Shown: one piece after another, positions 29,337-38,354 of the stretch
Layout of the letters: the number at the start of each line of letters is the position of its first letter
Numbering within the stretch: position 1 is the stretch's first letter
Source: a virus
Taxonomy: Duplodnaviria > Caudoviricetes
DNA length: 64,000 bases
Direction: 5' to 3' (one strand)
IMG/VR virus record: IMGVR_UViG_2700989080_000001
Location: 14,065-78,064 of that record
Translations under genes and position numbers: made by a program
The notes under the pieces: generated by a model
Databases searched by the model: none
What the model was told of the DNA's origin: nothing
The model's input: only the letters and a program-made list of their open reading frames with translations

Positions 29337-29588
29337 ATGATCAACGAGCTTAACACCATCAAGCAGATCGTTGTCAACAACCCCAACGTTGTCAAAGCCA
29401 CCGTTGCTGCCGGACTGTTCGTCGGAGCCGCTGTTGTACTCAAGCGTAAGAAGGATAAAGAAGTCCTTCTCGCCGGAGGTGCGCAGTGGATGACCGTCGA
29501 ACAGTACGAGAAGCATGTGGCCGACAAGGAAGGTGTTGACCGCAACGACCTCCTTGAGGACGAGTACGTCGTCATCGACCCCAAGTAA
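29337..29588 (+). CDS. Small membrane protein
   Basis: Cassette gene; one hydrophobic helix. Confidence 0.7.
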   Translation: MINELNTIKQIVVNNPNVVKATVAAGLFVGAAVVLKRKKDKEVLLAGGAQWMTVEQYEKHVADKEGVDRNDLLEDEYVVIDPK

Positions 29589-29653
29589 GATCCAGAACTG
29601 AACTCCCTAACACGGAGTTTCAGTTTTATTCTTTCACGGACAAAGGTCTCCAA

Positions 29654-29696
29654 CCGCATAAATTACACACCCTATAATGAGACCCCTATGAAAGGA
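29654..29696 (+). promoter_or_regulatory. Phage promoter copy 9
   Basis: CCGCA-N14-TATAAT-GAGACCCCTATGAAAGGA. Confidence 0.85.
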
Positions 29697-29702
29697 ACTA
29701 TC

Positions 29703-29966
29703 ATGGAAATCAAGACTGAGATCAACGCAAAGATCGATTCCACCAAGAAGTTCGTAAACGACCACAAAGTCGCTTTCGCCTATGGCGCAGGCCTTGTTGT
29801 CGGAGTCACCGGAATGGCCATTGGCATTAAGCAAATGAACGCTCTGGTGTTGACCCACAACAACCTCAACCACTTGCAGAACGGCGGCGTGATCGCTTAC
29901 GAAACGAAGTTGGGAACGATCCTCGCGTGGGTCAAACCCGATTCTATCGACATCCCCATCACGTAA
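29703..29966 (+). CDS. Small membrane protein
   Basis: Cassette gene; one hydrophobic helix. Confidence 0.7.
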   Translation: MEIKTEINAKIDSTKKFVNDHKVAFAYGAGLVVGVTGMAIGIKQMNALVLTHNNLNHLQNGGVIAYETKLGTILAWVKPDSIDIPIT

Positions 29967-30032
29967 GTCCACAAGCTTGAAGCTCCCTAACACGGAGTTT
30001 CAGCTTTGCCATATTCTCGACAAGGAGTTCTA

Positions 30033-30269
30033 GTGTCCAAGGTCCAATTGCTAAGACTGATCGGATCGCTGTTCATCATCGAGACCGCAATCCTCTTCAA
30101 GATCGCTTCGGATCTTCACGATCGGAATCGGGACTTCGAAACTTCGGATGCGCTTTTGAATTACTGTCTCGACAAGGTGAACGAAGGCGAGGGATTCAAC
30201 GATTTCGATCTTGTTGCGTTGAACACGCTTCTCGAGACGAATGGTGCTATATTTCACAAAGGCCTCTAA
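30033..30269 (+). CDS. Small membrane protein
   Basis: AAGGAG RBS before GTG. Confidence 0.6.
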   Translation: MSKVQLLRLIGSLFIIETAILFKIASDLHDRNRDFETSDALLNYCLDKVNEGEGFNDFDLVALNTLLETNGAIFHKGL

Positions 30270-30280
30270 CGCCACATAAA

Positions 30281-30323
30281 TCGCAGAAAAAACACACCCT
30301 ATAATGAGACCCCTATGAGAGGA
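30281..30323 (+). promoter_or_regulatory. Phage promoter copy 10
   Basis: TCGCA-N14-TATAAT-GAGACCCCTATGAGAGGA. Confidence 0.85.
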
Positions 30324-30329
30324 TATGCC

Positions 30330-30422
30330 ATGACCGCTATCGTTGCCCCCGTGCTCATCACCGCCTTCCTGGTGGCGCTGTACATGATCGCACCGAAGCT
30401 TGCTGGTTACATCACCAAGTAG
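30330..30422 (+). CDS. 30-aa hydrophobic peptide MTAIVAPVLITAFLVALYMIAPKLAGYITK
   Basis: Own promoter, RBS and terminator. Confidence 0.7.
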   Translation: MTAIVAPVLITAFLVALYMIAPKLAGYITK

Positions 30423-30505
30423 ATCGAAAAGCTTGAAGCTCCCTAACACGGAGTTTCAGCTTTCTGTTTTTCCTCTCACCCACACCTATCCGAAAGGCCA
30501 TATCT

Positions 30506-30766
30506 ATGCGAACCCTCGTCTCGAACCTCATCATCTCTCTCATCGACCGCCTCATCAATCTTATTGAGAAGACGGAGCGAAAGATCGATGATGTGGACAA
30601 AAAGCTCGCGGACCCTGTTCAGTCACGAGAGATGATCATGAACTCGTTCCTGTTCAAGGTTACCGTGCGCATCTTCAATGTCATCGACAGGATCAGTCCT
30701 AAGACAGGCCGATATTTGGTTCGAGTCATGGAGAAGTTCGTCGCGAAGCGCAAAGCAGCCAAGTAG
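30506..30766 (+). CDS. Hypothetical protein
   Basis: GAAAGG RBS. Confidence 0.65.
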   Translation: MRTLVSNLIISLIDRLINLIEKTERKIDDVDKKLADPVQSREMIMNSFLFKVTVRIFNVIDRISPKTGRYLVRVMEKFVAKRKAAK

Positions 30767-30805
30767 CACACACCCCGCCACACCTATATTTGAAGGACTA
30801 TCACC

Positions 30806-30985
30806 ATGCAGAAGGCAGCACTCATTTTGTCCGCTCTCAGCCTCGCCACGTCCGTCACGACGCTTGCCGTTATTCTCGGTGGCGTCAAGAAGCTGAACGA
30901 CGACATCCAGGACATCCGCAAGAAGACCAACGACGCCATCGGCAAGATGAAGGCTGCTCTCGTCAGTCTCGACTTCCGAATCTAA
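30806..30985 (+). CDS. Small membrane-anchored protein (59 aa)
   Basis: GAAGGA RBS; phage-like codon use; preferred over track ORF 30790..31173. Confidence 0.65.
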   Translation: MQKAALILSALSLATSVTTLAVILGGVKKLNDDIQDIRKKTNDAIGKMKAALVSLDFRI

Positions 30986-31016
30986 TTCTCAAACCAACAA
31001 CAAAAGGAGTATCGAC

Positions 31017-31301
31017 ATGTCCGCATTCAACGAATTCCTCCGTAACAGCCCGGAGTGGATTTTCTACATCAGCTTCGCCGGCCCTCTGCTCGTCCTGTCC
31101 ATCCTGGTTCCGATATTCGATCGTCGTCGGAAGAAGGTCAAGGCGATTCGTCAGGCGCACAAGACCGGCCTGATCCAGAAGCGCTCCGAGCGTCACCCTA
31201 ACCTCGATCGCTCCGGCATCATGGTCACGAAGGTGTCGACTTGTAAGGACGTCCCGTCCGACTACTTCGATCGCGTCAGCGAATTCCGCGCAAGCCTCTA
31301 A
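31017..31301 (+). CDS. Small membrane protein
   Basis: AAAGGAG RBS; one hydrophobic helix. Confidence 0.65.
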   Translation: MSAFNEFLRNSPEWIFYISFAGPLLVLSILVPIFDRRRKKVKAIRQAHKTGLIQKRSERHPNLDRSGIMVTKVSTCKDVPSDYFDRVSEFRASL

Positions 31302-31319
31302 GAAAGGTTCTCCTCTGCA

Positions 31320-31544
31320 ATGCTTTCAACCATCATCGACGTTCTGTGGGGCGTACTCATCGTCCTCTTGCTGATCGTCGGTCTCATCGTCGTGGTAGGA
31401 CTCATCACTGGTTGGATGGCTGTCGTGTGGACCTACGTCACGCGATTTGTCAATGCCTACCGAACGGCTTCTCGTGAGCTGGAAGCTGCCGAGGAACGCG
31501 AAAGACTGAACGAAAGCGACGATCCTTACGGCAAGCTCGACTGA
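31320..31544 (+). CDS. Small membrane protein
   Basis: Long hydrophobic N-terminus. Confidence 0.65.
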   Translation: MLSTIIDVLWGVLIVLLLIVGLIVVVGLITGWMAVVWTYVTRFVNAYRTASRELEAAEERERLNESDDPYGKLD

Positions 31545-31582
31545 CCCGATCTATCATCCATATCTGAACAACCTGGAGCATC

Positions 31583-32389
31583 ATGAACTTCTCTGTCCTG
31601 GCGAAGAACCTCGAACGATTCGCGGTCGCCAATTCCCCCGCAATCCTGACCGGTATCGCTGTCACCGGCACCGTCGCAACTGCTGTTCTCGCCGGTAAGG
31701 CGTCATTCAAGGCCGCGAAGATCATCGCCGGCGAAGAAGAGAAGCTCAAGGACCGCATGGTCGAGGTCTCTGACGAAGAGGAGGGCGACTCAGATTCTGA
31801 GTCGACTCTCGACACCAAGCAGAAGACCCTTCTGGTCTGGAAGCTCTATATTCCGGCAGCCAGCACCTGCGTCACGACCGTCATGGCCATGATCGCTGCC
31901 AATCAGATCGGTACCCGACGCACCGCTGCGATGGCGGCTGCATATTCTCTCTCGGAGAAGGCGTTCGGCGAGTACCGTGAGAAGATCGTCGAGAAGATGG
32001 GTCCGAAGAAGGAAGAGGCGGCTCGTACCGAGATCGCTCAGGAGCGTGTCGCACGCACTCCGGTTCCCTCGAACCAGGTTGTCATCTCCGGCAACGACGT
32101 TCTCTGCTTCGATCAGCACAGTGGTCGTTATTTCCACAGCACTATGGAAGAGCTGAAGAAGTCTCAGAACGACACGAACTACCGGATCATCAACGACGGC
32201 TACCAGAGCCTGAACGACTTCTATGAGCGAATCGGTCTCGACATGGTCCCGACCGGCGAAGAGCTCGGCTGGAACACAGACACGAAGTTCGAGCTATATT
32301 TCTCGACCGTGCTGTCTCCCGACCAGCGACCCTGCATCGCCATCGAATTCGTCAAGGGTCCCATCACCAACTACTACAAGGTCCACTGA
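31583..32389 (+). CDS. Conserved phage protein (DUF6353-like), paralog of 37450..38343
   Basis: NSP.IL.G...GTV.T.VLA; AAAY....AF.EYR; GY..LND.Y..GW. Confidence 0.7.
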   Translation: MNFSVLAKNLERFAVANSPAILTGIAVTGTVATAVLAGKASFKAAKIIAGEEEKLKDRMVEVSDEEEGDSDSESTLDTKQKTLLVWKLYIPAASTCVTTVMAMIAANQIGTRRTAAMAAAYSLSEKAFGEYREKIVEKMGPKKEEAARTEIAQERVARTPVPSNQVVISGNDVLCFDQHSGRYFHSTMEELKKSQNDTNYRIINDGYQSLNDFYERIGLDMVPTGEELGWNTDTKFELYFSTVLSPDQRPCIAIEFVKGPITNYYKVH

Positions 32390-32425
32390 CCACCATCATA
32401 TTTACAAGTTAGGGGAGGATCTACC

Positions 32426-32680
32426 ATGCACCACAAAGAAGATCGTGAATTCACCTATGAGATGGGCGTGGATGAGCCTATCAACCCCGACCCGGATATT
32501 GCCGGTCGCATGGTGGAGAAGGCGGTCAGCAAGTGTCAGTACGGCTGCAAGCTCTACGAGCACCCGAGCGCACATGTCATCGTGCTCTCGCACAACTCGT
32601 CCTACGGTTGCAAACGCACCAAGGACGATATTCTGAGTGACTTCACCAAGAACCGTCACAAGGAGCCCTCCGATGCCTGA
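32426..32680 (+). CDS. Cys/His-containing hypothetical protein
   Basis: GGAGG RBS; CQYGC..HNSSYGC. Confidence 0.65.
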   Translation: MHHKEDREFTYEMGVDEPINPDPDIAGRMVEKAVSKCQYGCKLYEHPSAHVIVLSHNSSYGCKRTKDDILSDFTKNRHKEPSDA

Positions 32681-32873
32681 GCGCGAGTATTGGATGGTTC
32701 CGCTCAGTGAGATCGTTCCGAAGGACACCTGGAGTCGACTTCTCGTCACGGTCTCGGGGTTCTTCACTGATCTTCTGTTGGTCGACGGTAGCTACGAGAA
32801 GATCTATGTCATCACTGAAGAAGTACTTCCGACTCAGGACGATATTCTGACCAAGGCGTTGGTCGATGCCTGA
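32673..32873 (+). CDS. Hypothetical protein, tandem family member 1
   Basis: AAGGAG RBS; MPEREYWMVP. Confidence 0.6.
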   Translation: MPEREYWMVPLSEIVPKDTWSRLLVTVSGFFTDLLLVDGSYEKIYVITEEVLPTQDDILTKALVDA

Positions 32874-33105
32874 CCAGATGACCGTCACCCTCAAAGAGCT
32901 CTTCCCCGAATCTGTGTGGGAGGAGCTCTTTCGTAGGGCGGCTAAACACAAAGCCGCTTACGCCTCGCATATTGTCGTCACCTCGTCCGGAGAAGTCAAG
33001 GAGTTGATCACCACTCCGGATTGGACCTGGTACGGTTCTCCGATTTGGGTCAACGCGAATGCCAACCAACTTTCTATAGGTATCGAAGGAGTTTCTGATG
33101 TGTAA
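32866..33105 (+). CDS. Hypothetical protein, tandem family member 2
   Basis: Translationally coupled. Confidence 0.6.
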   Translation: MPDQMTVTLKELFPESVWEELFRRAAKHKAAYASHIVVTSSGEVKELITTPDWTWYGSPIWVNANANQLSIGIEGVSDV

Positions 33106-33484
33106 TTATCCCGGCCCGATGATGGTTTCCATCGGAGACAGCGTTCCCGAAGAGACCTGGAATCGGATCAAGCTCCAGTGCGCGCTCAACTTGTACGGAC
33201 GGATGATCCCCGTCGTTCAGGAAGGTGTGCGAGGCGTCGGTAACGCATTTTCCGCGATGGCGAAGGCTGTCCGGAGCGTCGACTTCGGGCCCGTTGCGAA
33301 GAAGCTGGAATCTTTGAAGATTCCGTACAACGTAGACGAATCTCTCCACATGCGGGGTTTCGACATCAACAGCGACATGATCGAGTACGACGGTATTCCG
33401 CCGATCGACATGGATGACTATATCTTCGACGAGGGCTACAGCTACAGCGACATCGATGGAATCCGAGGAGACACCCATGCCTGA
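33098..33484 (+). CDS. Hypothetical protein, tandem family member 3
   Basis: AAGGAG RBS. Confidence 0.6.
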   Translation: MCNYPGPMMVSIGDSVPEETWNRIKLQCALNLYGRMIPVVQEGVRGVGNAFSAMAKAVRSVDFGPVAKKLESLKIPYNVDESLHMRGFDINSDMIEYDGIPPIDMDDYIFDEGYSYSDIDGIRGDTHA

Positions 33485-33590
33485 GCGTGAGTACTGGATG
33501 ATCCCCATTGGTGATCGCATCTCCAAGGATGTTAAGGACGTCATCGGAATGCGGGCGCTGAAGAACTTCGTATATTCCGAGGGGTCGTGA
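33477..33590 (+). CDS. Short protein, tandem family member 4 (MPEREYWMIP)
   Basis: GAGGAG RBS; N-terminus nearly identical to 32673. Confidence 0.55.
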   Translation: MPEREYWMIPIGDRISKDVKDVIGMRALKNFVYSEGS

Positions 33591-34006
33591 TGTGTGATAC
33601 AGGAGAATGCCGGCCCTGCCGACTGGAAGATCGTCTGACCGATCGTGCGATGGGGACTACCCGAGAGTATATTGCCTTCGTGAAGCTTCCGACCGTCGAG
33701 CAGAACATGGCGAACAGAAAGATCCACGGTCTGTCCCTTATTTCCTCGACCAACTCAAAGGTCAAGCGACAGACGCCTCCTCCCGGAAGTCTCTCTTCCA
33801 AAGAGAACATCGCAGCTCGTAAGAAACGAGAGTCTGCCAACCGTAAAGCAAACCGAGAGCTTCGTGATGGTCGTCTATATTCTCTAGGGTGTCCAGAGCA
33901 CGGTACGCCTTCCGGCTACAAGCATTGGTACTGTCGGTGTATCCCTTGTACGAACGCGCACACCAAGGACCACAACGCTTCCTACCACAGGTCTAAGCTG
34001 GCGTGA
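33587..34006 (+). CDS. Zn-finger protein (HGTPSGY..W.CRCIPC)
   Basis: His/Cys motif shared with 34181..34435. Confidence 0.65.
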   Translation: MMCDTGECRPCRLEDRLTDRAMGTTREYIAFVKLPTVEQNMANRKIHGLSLISSTNSKVKRQTPPPGSLSSKENIAARKKRESANRKANRELRDGRLYSLGCPEHGTPSGYKHWYCRCIPCTNAHTKDHNASYHRSKLA

Positions 34007-34188
34007 AGCGAATCATATCCTGGTGGCGTGAGTCTCGAAAGTGGAGACACTGCCCACACCGACGTTTGCGTGGCGTCTACGGAGACTGGGTCTATCAGAT
34101 GCCGAACCAAAGGCGTCTTATTTGTCTAGATTGCGGAAACTCTCTGGACGGACCAGTTTCCCTTGCTGAGGAGCAAAACGATGACTGA
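34003..34188 (+). CDS. Small Zn-binding protein
   Basis: CPH...CLDC; GTGA overlap. Confidence 0.55.
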   Translation: MKRIISWWRESRKWRHCPHRRLRGVYGDWVYQMPNQRRLICLDCGNSLDGPVSLAEEQNDD

Positions 34189-34435
34189 TGCGGAACCCCC
34201 AATCGTCGGAACGGCAGTTACACTCGAAGACAAAGAGCGCTGGCGCAAAAACCACAAGAACAAGCTCGCGATTCGCAAGATGAATCGGAAGATGATCAAC
34301 GGTAGACTCACGTCGACTCTTCTTCAAGAGCATGGTACACCTTCCGGATACAACAACTGGTTCTGTCGATGCATCCCATGCACCCAGGCATACAACGGCC
34401 GCAAGCGTGACAACCGCAAAAAGCGCCGTCGATAG
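34181..34435 (+). CDS. Basic Zn-finger protein
   Basis: HGTPSGYNNWFCRCIPC; GAGGAG RBS. Confidence 0.65.
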   Translation: MTDAEPPIVGTAVTLEDKERWRKNHKNKLAIRKMNRKMINGRLTSTLLQEHGTPSGYNNWFCRCIPCTQAYNGRKRDNRKKRRR

Positions 34436-34469
34436 CCTCAAAGACTTATCTTCCCCAGAGACGTCTGCA

Positions 34470-34512
34470 TCGCAGAAAAAACACGACCTATAATGAGACC
34501 CCTATGAAAGGA
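34470..34512 (+). promoter_or_regulatory. Phage promoter copy 11
   Basis: TCGCA-N14-TATAAT-GAGACCCCTATGAAAGGA. Confidence 0.85.
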
Positions 34513-34518
34513 ACAACA

Positions 34519-34755
34519 ATGTCTGACCAGAACGAGAACATCGTCATCGAAGAAGACGCAACCCCCGTTCGTTTCCGTCGCCTCAAGAAGGTCCTGAGCA
34601 AGATCGAAGAAAACTCAGCCATCATCGCCATCGCAACTGCGACCGCGGTGAGTGCTGCTGGAATCATCGCGCTCAATCGACTCGACAAGAAGACGACGGA
34701 GACGATCGAGGTTGCCGAACCCAAGGTGATCGAGACCGCTCCCACGGAAGACTGA
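34519..34755 (+). CDS. Small membrane protein
   Basis: Cassette gene followed by terminator at ~34775-34821. Confidence 0.7.
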   Translation: MSDQNENIVIEEDATPVRFRRLKKVLSKIEENSAIIAIATATAVSAAGIIALNRLDKKTTETIEVAEPKVIETAPTED

Positions 34756-34853
34756 TATTCCCCCACAGAGATCGAAAAAGAGAAAGGCTTAGTAAAGAAA
34801 TTTACTAGGTCTTTCCTTTTTGCTTTCACGGACAAAGAGGATTGACGCCACAA

Positions 34854-35375
34854 ATGGATCATCAAACATTCAACGTATATTTGGAAGAGAAGTTCGATCA
34901 CATCCGATCGGTTCTCGGAACCAAGGCTGCCGAGTACGTTCCGAACGAAGGCGGCTCTCGTTTCCACAACTTCGATGTTGCGGCGGCATTCAACAACGAG
35001 TCTCCCGAAAAGGCTCTCTGGGGAATGCTGACCAAGCACCTCGTGAGCATCGCAGACATGGTGAAAGACGACCCGACCGACCACTCTATGGCTGTGTGGG
35101 ACGAGAAGATCGGCGACGCTCTCAACTATCTTCTGCTGCTCAACGGCATGGTGAAGGATCACCACGAAACGAAGAATCTGGTGCAGTTCCACTCCGGTCT
35201 CGTGAATGCCGTTCTTCCTCCCGGCACGAACGTGATCGACACCCACCTGAGGCTGGAGAAGGACGGAAGCGTCACGAAGCTGGCCGGACACCTGTCGGGT
35301 TTGGCGAGTGGTGGAATGGAACAGCCTCGTACGGACGGACCCGAGCGCGTCAAGTTCTGCCGCAACAACCACTGA
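34854..35375 (+). CDS. All-alpha NTP-pyrophosphatase-like (MazG/DUF1599-type) protein
   Basis: K..EY...HNF...KH...EKIGDALNY pattern. Confidence 0.55.
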   Translation: MDHQTFNVYLEEKFDHIRSVLGTKAAEYVPNEGGSRFHNFDVAAAFNNESPEKALWGMLTKHLVSIADMVKDDPTDHSMAVWDEKIGDALNYLLLLNGMVKDHHETKNLVQFHSGLVNAVLPPGTNVIDTHLRLEKDGSVTKLAGHLSGLASGGMEQPRTDGPERVKFCRNNH

Positions 35376-35428
35376 CTCGGTCATATTTCTGACCATCGTA
35401 AGCAACACCACACAAGGAGCACAAAGTA

Positions 35429-36061
35429 ATGCTGAAGCAGACCGTTGAGTACACCGACTTCGACGACAACCGTTGTGCAGAGACTCTGTACTTCAACCTC
35501 ACCAAGACCGAGCTCGCCGAGAACGCTCACCTCACGGACCGGCTGGAAAAGATGCAGAAGATGTTCGGTGGTGAGAAGCGTCAGCTCGAGACGTCGGAGA
35601 TCCAGCAGCTTCTCGATCTGGTCAAGACGATCATGCGCATTTCCTACGGTGTTCGCAGCGCCGACGGAAAGCGATTCATCAAGACGGAGGAGCAGTGGGT
35701 CGAATTCACCCAGACTGCAGTCTACGACGAGTTCCTCATTTCCATGTTCACGGATCCGGACAAGATGTTTGCATTCATGTACGGCATCATGCCGGCGGAC
35801 ATGCGTGAGCAGGCGAAGGTAGAGGCAGAGCGACTCATGTCGGAGCGGACGAACCAGTCCACCGATATTCCGACGCCTCCTCCTGCTGCATCCGCTACAC
35901 CTGTGGACATGCCGATCACGCAGGCCAACCCTTCGGTCCAGATCACGATGGATCCGAATCAGTCGGCAGGGCCTCAGCCTACCCAGGAGCAGATGGCCGC
36001 ATACATGCGTGACCAGCAGGCTCGCGGCTTGATGACGCAGCCGAACTACCTGCAGGGCTGA
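35429..36061 (+). CDS. Conserved hypothetical protein with Pro/Gln-rich tail
   Basis: AAGGAG RBS; strong codon bias. Confidence 0.75.
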   Translation: MLKQTVEYTDFDDNRCAETLYFNLTKTELAENAHLTDRLEKMQKMFGGEKRQLETSEIQQLLDLVKTIMRISYGVRSADGKRFIKTEEQWVEFTQTAVYDEFLISMFTDPDKMFAFMYGIMPADMREQAKVEAERLMSERTNQSTDIPTPPPAASATPVDMPITQANPSVQITMDPNQSAGPQPTQEQMAAYMRDQQARGLMTQPNYLQG

Positions 36062-36068
36062 TCTATAT

Positions 36069-36187
36069 TTGAGCGAGAGGGGTTTGGCAAGGGTCCTTTG
36101 TAGGGGTCTCGCCCTAGTCCGGATGCCAAACTTAAACGACAGCCGTAGCGCTGTGGGGAAGCAGCAAACATGCGCCCTCGATCTCAA
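36069..36187 (+). ncRNA. Putative structured RNA displaying the antisense of the promoter leader/RBS
   Basis: GTTTGGCA/TGCCAAAC stem enclosing GGTCCTTTGTAGGGGTCTC. Confidence 0.5.
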
Positions 36188-36206
36188 TCATATTCTCGTG
36201 CCTGAT

Positions 36207-36249
36207 TCGCACGAAAAACACACCCTATAATGAGACCCCTACGAAAGGA
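36207..36249 (+). promoter_or_regulatory. Phage promoter copy 12
   Basis: TCGCA-N14-TATAAT-GAGACCCCTACGAAAGGA. Confidence 0.85.
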
Positions 36250-36256
36250 CCTGGTA

Positions 36257-36502
36257 ATGACCAAGCTGGAAATGCTGAAGCTCGCCGTTTCTTCGATCGT
36301 TGGTGTCGGTACCTCCAAGATCGTTCGATCCATCATTGCCAACAATGTCGAAATCGATTCTCCGGTAGACCAAGTTACGGTCACCGCGGGATCGTTCGTC
36401 GTTGGCGCGATGGTTGCGGACGCATCGAAGGACTACACCGATGCCAAGATCGACGAGATTGTCGAGATCTTCAAGACCATCAAAGAAACCACCAAGAACT
36501 GA
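36257..36502 (+). CDS. Hypothetical protein
   Basis: Cassette gene; terminator at ~36513-36550. Confidence 0.7.
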   Translation: MTKLEMLKLAVSSIVGVGTSKIVRSIIANNVEIDSPVDQVTVTAGSFVVGAMVADASKDYTDAKIDEIVEIFKTIKETTKN

Positions 36503-36577
36503 CAGACAGCTCAAAACTGAAAAGCCCGTAACACTAGGCTTTTTAGTTTTCATCTTCGACATATGAGGACCTATATT

Positions 36578-37255
36578 ATGGAAGACTACCCCAGCAACAG
36601 CCAGAAGCCGAAGGCCGCAAAGAAGCCGGTCGCGGGACAAGAAGGTAAGGACGAGCAGAAGAAGGTCGTAAAGCAGATCACCGTTGGCGAAGTCACTCGT
36701 CGTAAGAAGCCGCTCGGCCGACGAGTCATGGAGACGTTCGGTGGCAGTGACGCGCAGAGCGTAGGTGCGTATATTGTGCAGGACGTTCTTCTTCCCGCAG
36801 CCAAGGACATGGTTGCTGACGCAGTCTCGCAAGGCATCGAGAAGATGCTCTTCGGAGAGGCTCGGGGTAGGCGTGGTCGATCGTCCGCACCAAGTCGTCC
36901 GGCTGGTTCGGGTTACACGAGCTACAACAGCTACAGCCCAAACAATCGTTATTCTGTGAACCCGGGACATCGACCGGAGCCTCGTCGAGAGATGAGCCAC
37001 CGTGGCCGAGCCCTGCACCACTTCGACGAGATCGTTCTCGATTCTCGAGCCGAGGCAATGGAGGTTCTTGAGAACCTGGACGCCATGACTCAGGAGTACG
37101 GTACTGCCAGCGTTTCCGATCTGTACAACATGGTCGGTATCACGCCAAGCTTTACGGACGAGAAGTGGGGCTGGGTCGACATGCGAGCGGCTACAGTGCG
37201 TCACATCAGCGGTGGATATTTGCTCGATCTTCCGCGTCCGGAGAACATCGGTTAA
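36578..37255 (+). CDS. Conserved hypothetical protein
   Basis: GAGGA RBS; YG..SV.DLY...G......D.KWGW motif. Confidence 0.75.
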   Translation: MEDYPSNSQKPKAAKKPVAGQEGKDEQKKVVKQITVGEVTRRKKPLGRRVMETFGGSDAQSVGAYIVQDVLLPAAKDMVADAVSQGIEKMLFGEARGRRGRSSAPSRPAGSGYTSYNSYSPNNRYSVNPGHRPEPRREMSHRGRALHHFDEIVLDSRAEAMEVLENLDAMTQEYGTASVSDLYNMVGITPSFTDEKWGWVDMRAATVRHISGGYLLDLPRPENIG

Positions 37256-37294
37256 ATCGATGTAAGTATGGCGCGCCAAAAGGGAGGTGGCGTG

Positions 37295-37438
37295 ATGTCT
37301 AGCGATATTCTCTTGAAAGCCAACGCACTCAAGGGAGCGTACCCAGGAAGTCCAACCTGGAAATCCAAAGTGGACAAGATGAGCGACAATCAAATCGTGG
37401 CCGTATATTTGCGGCTCAAGCGAGAGAACAAGGTTTAG
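37295..37438 (+). CDS. Small hypothetical protein (47 aa)
   Basis: GGGAGG RBS. Confidence 0.6.
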   Translation: MSSDILLKANALKGAYPGSPTWKSKVDKMSDNQIVAVYLRLKRENKV

Positions 37439-37449
37439 GAGACCAACAC

Positions 37450-38343
37450 ATGTCGATCAAGAACACTATCATGTCTGCCGGTGGCAAGAACATGGCCATG
37501 ACCATGCTCAAGCTCCAGAAGAACAGCCCGACCATTCTGTTCGGCGCCGGCGTTGTCGGTGTTGTCGGTACGGTCGTTCTGGCTTCGCGAGCAACTCTGA
37601 AGGTCAGCGATATCGTCGACGAAGCGTCCAAGAACCTGGAAACGATCAACGCGAACGCAGGCAGCGAGGAGTACTCGGCTGAGGATGCGGTCAAGGACAA
37701 GGGCGTCGTCTACGTCAAGACGGCCCTCGATGTCACGAAGCTCTACGGTCCCGCGTTCATCCTGGGTGTCGCCTCGATCGGTTGCCTTGCAGGCTCGCAC
37801 AACATCCTGACCCGTCGCAACGCGGCTCTGGGTGCTGCCTACGCCGGCGTCGAGAAGGCCTTCCGTGAGTACCGCGGTCGTGTCATCGACGAGATCGGCG
37901 AGGAGAAGGAAGCTCGGATCTACCAGCCCGTCGAGGAGGTCGACGCTGTCGATGCCGAGGGCAAGAAGACCAAGGTCTCCGTTCCGACTGCTGTCGGTGG
38001 CTCGCCCTACAAGCGAATCTTCGATGAGAGCAACAAGAACTGGAACAAGCAGACCGAGTTCAACCAGATGTTCATCCGCACTCAGCAGAACTACGCGAAC
38101 GACATGCTGCGTGCTCGTGGATACCTCTTCCTGAACGACGTTTACGAGATGCTCGGCATCGAGCGCTCCAAGGAAGGCCAGATCGTCGGCTGGGCTCTGC
38201 CCGAGAACGGCAGCATGGGCGATGGCTACGTCGACTTCGGCGTCTTCAGCAATGTCCACCAGGGCATGAAGTTCGTCATGGGCGACGAGCGCTCGATCTG
38301 GCTCGACTTCAACGTGGATGGCAACATCCTCGAATTCGTCTGA
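37450..38343 (+). CDS. Conserved phage protein (DUF6353-like)
   Basis: Aligns with 31583..32389; C-terminal LDFNVDG. Confidence 0.75.
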   Translation: MSIKNTIMSAGGKNMAMTMLKLQKNSPTILFGAGVVGVVGTVVLASRATLKVSDIVDEASKNLETINANAGSEEYSAEDAVKDKGVVYVKTALDVTKLYGPAFILGVASIGCLAGSHNILTRRNAALGAAYAGVEKAFREYRGRVIDEIGEEKEARIYQPVEEVDAVDAEGKKTKVSVPTAVGGSPYKRIFDESNKNWNKQTEFNQMFIRTQQNYANDMLRARGYLFLNDVYEMLGIERSKEGQIVGWALPENGSMGDGYVDFGVFSNVHQGMKFVMGDERSIWLDFNVDGNILEFV

Positions 38344-38354
38344 GGTGTGAGGCC

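Noticed and set aside
26859-30470. CRISPR-like repeat array
   Set aside because: Repeats are promoter/RBS units separated by whole genes of variable length; no cas operon
30790-31173. Track ORF of 127 aa (also 27872..28405 and 34820..35392)
   Set aside because: Alternative frames of better-supported genes with RBSs and typical codon use
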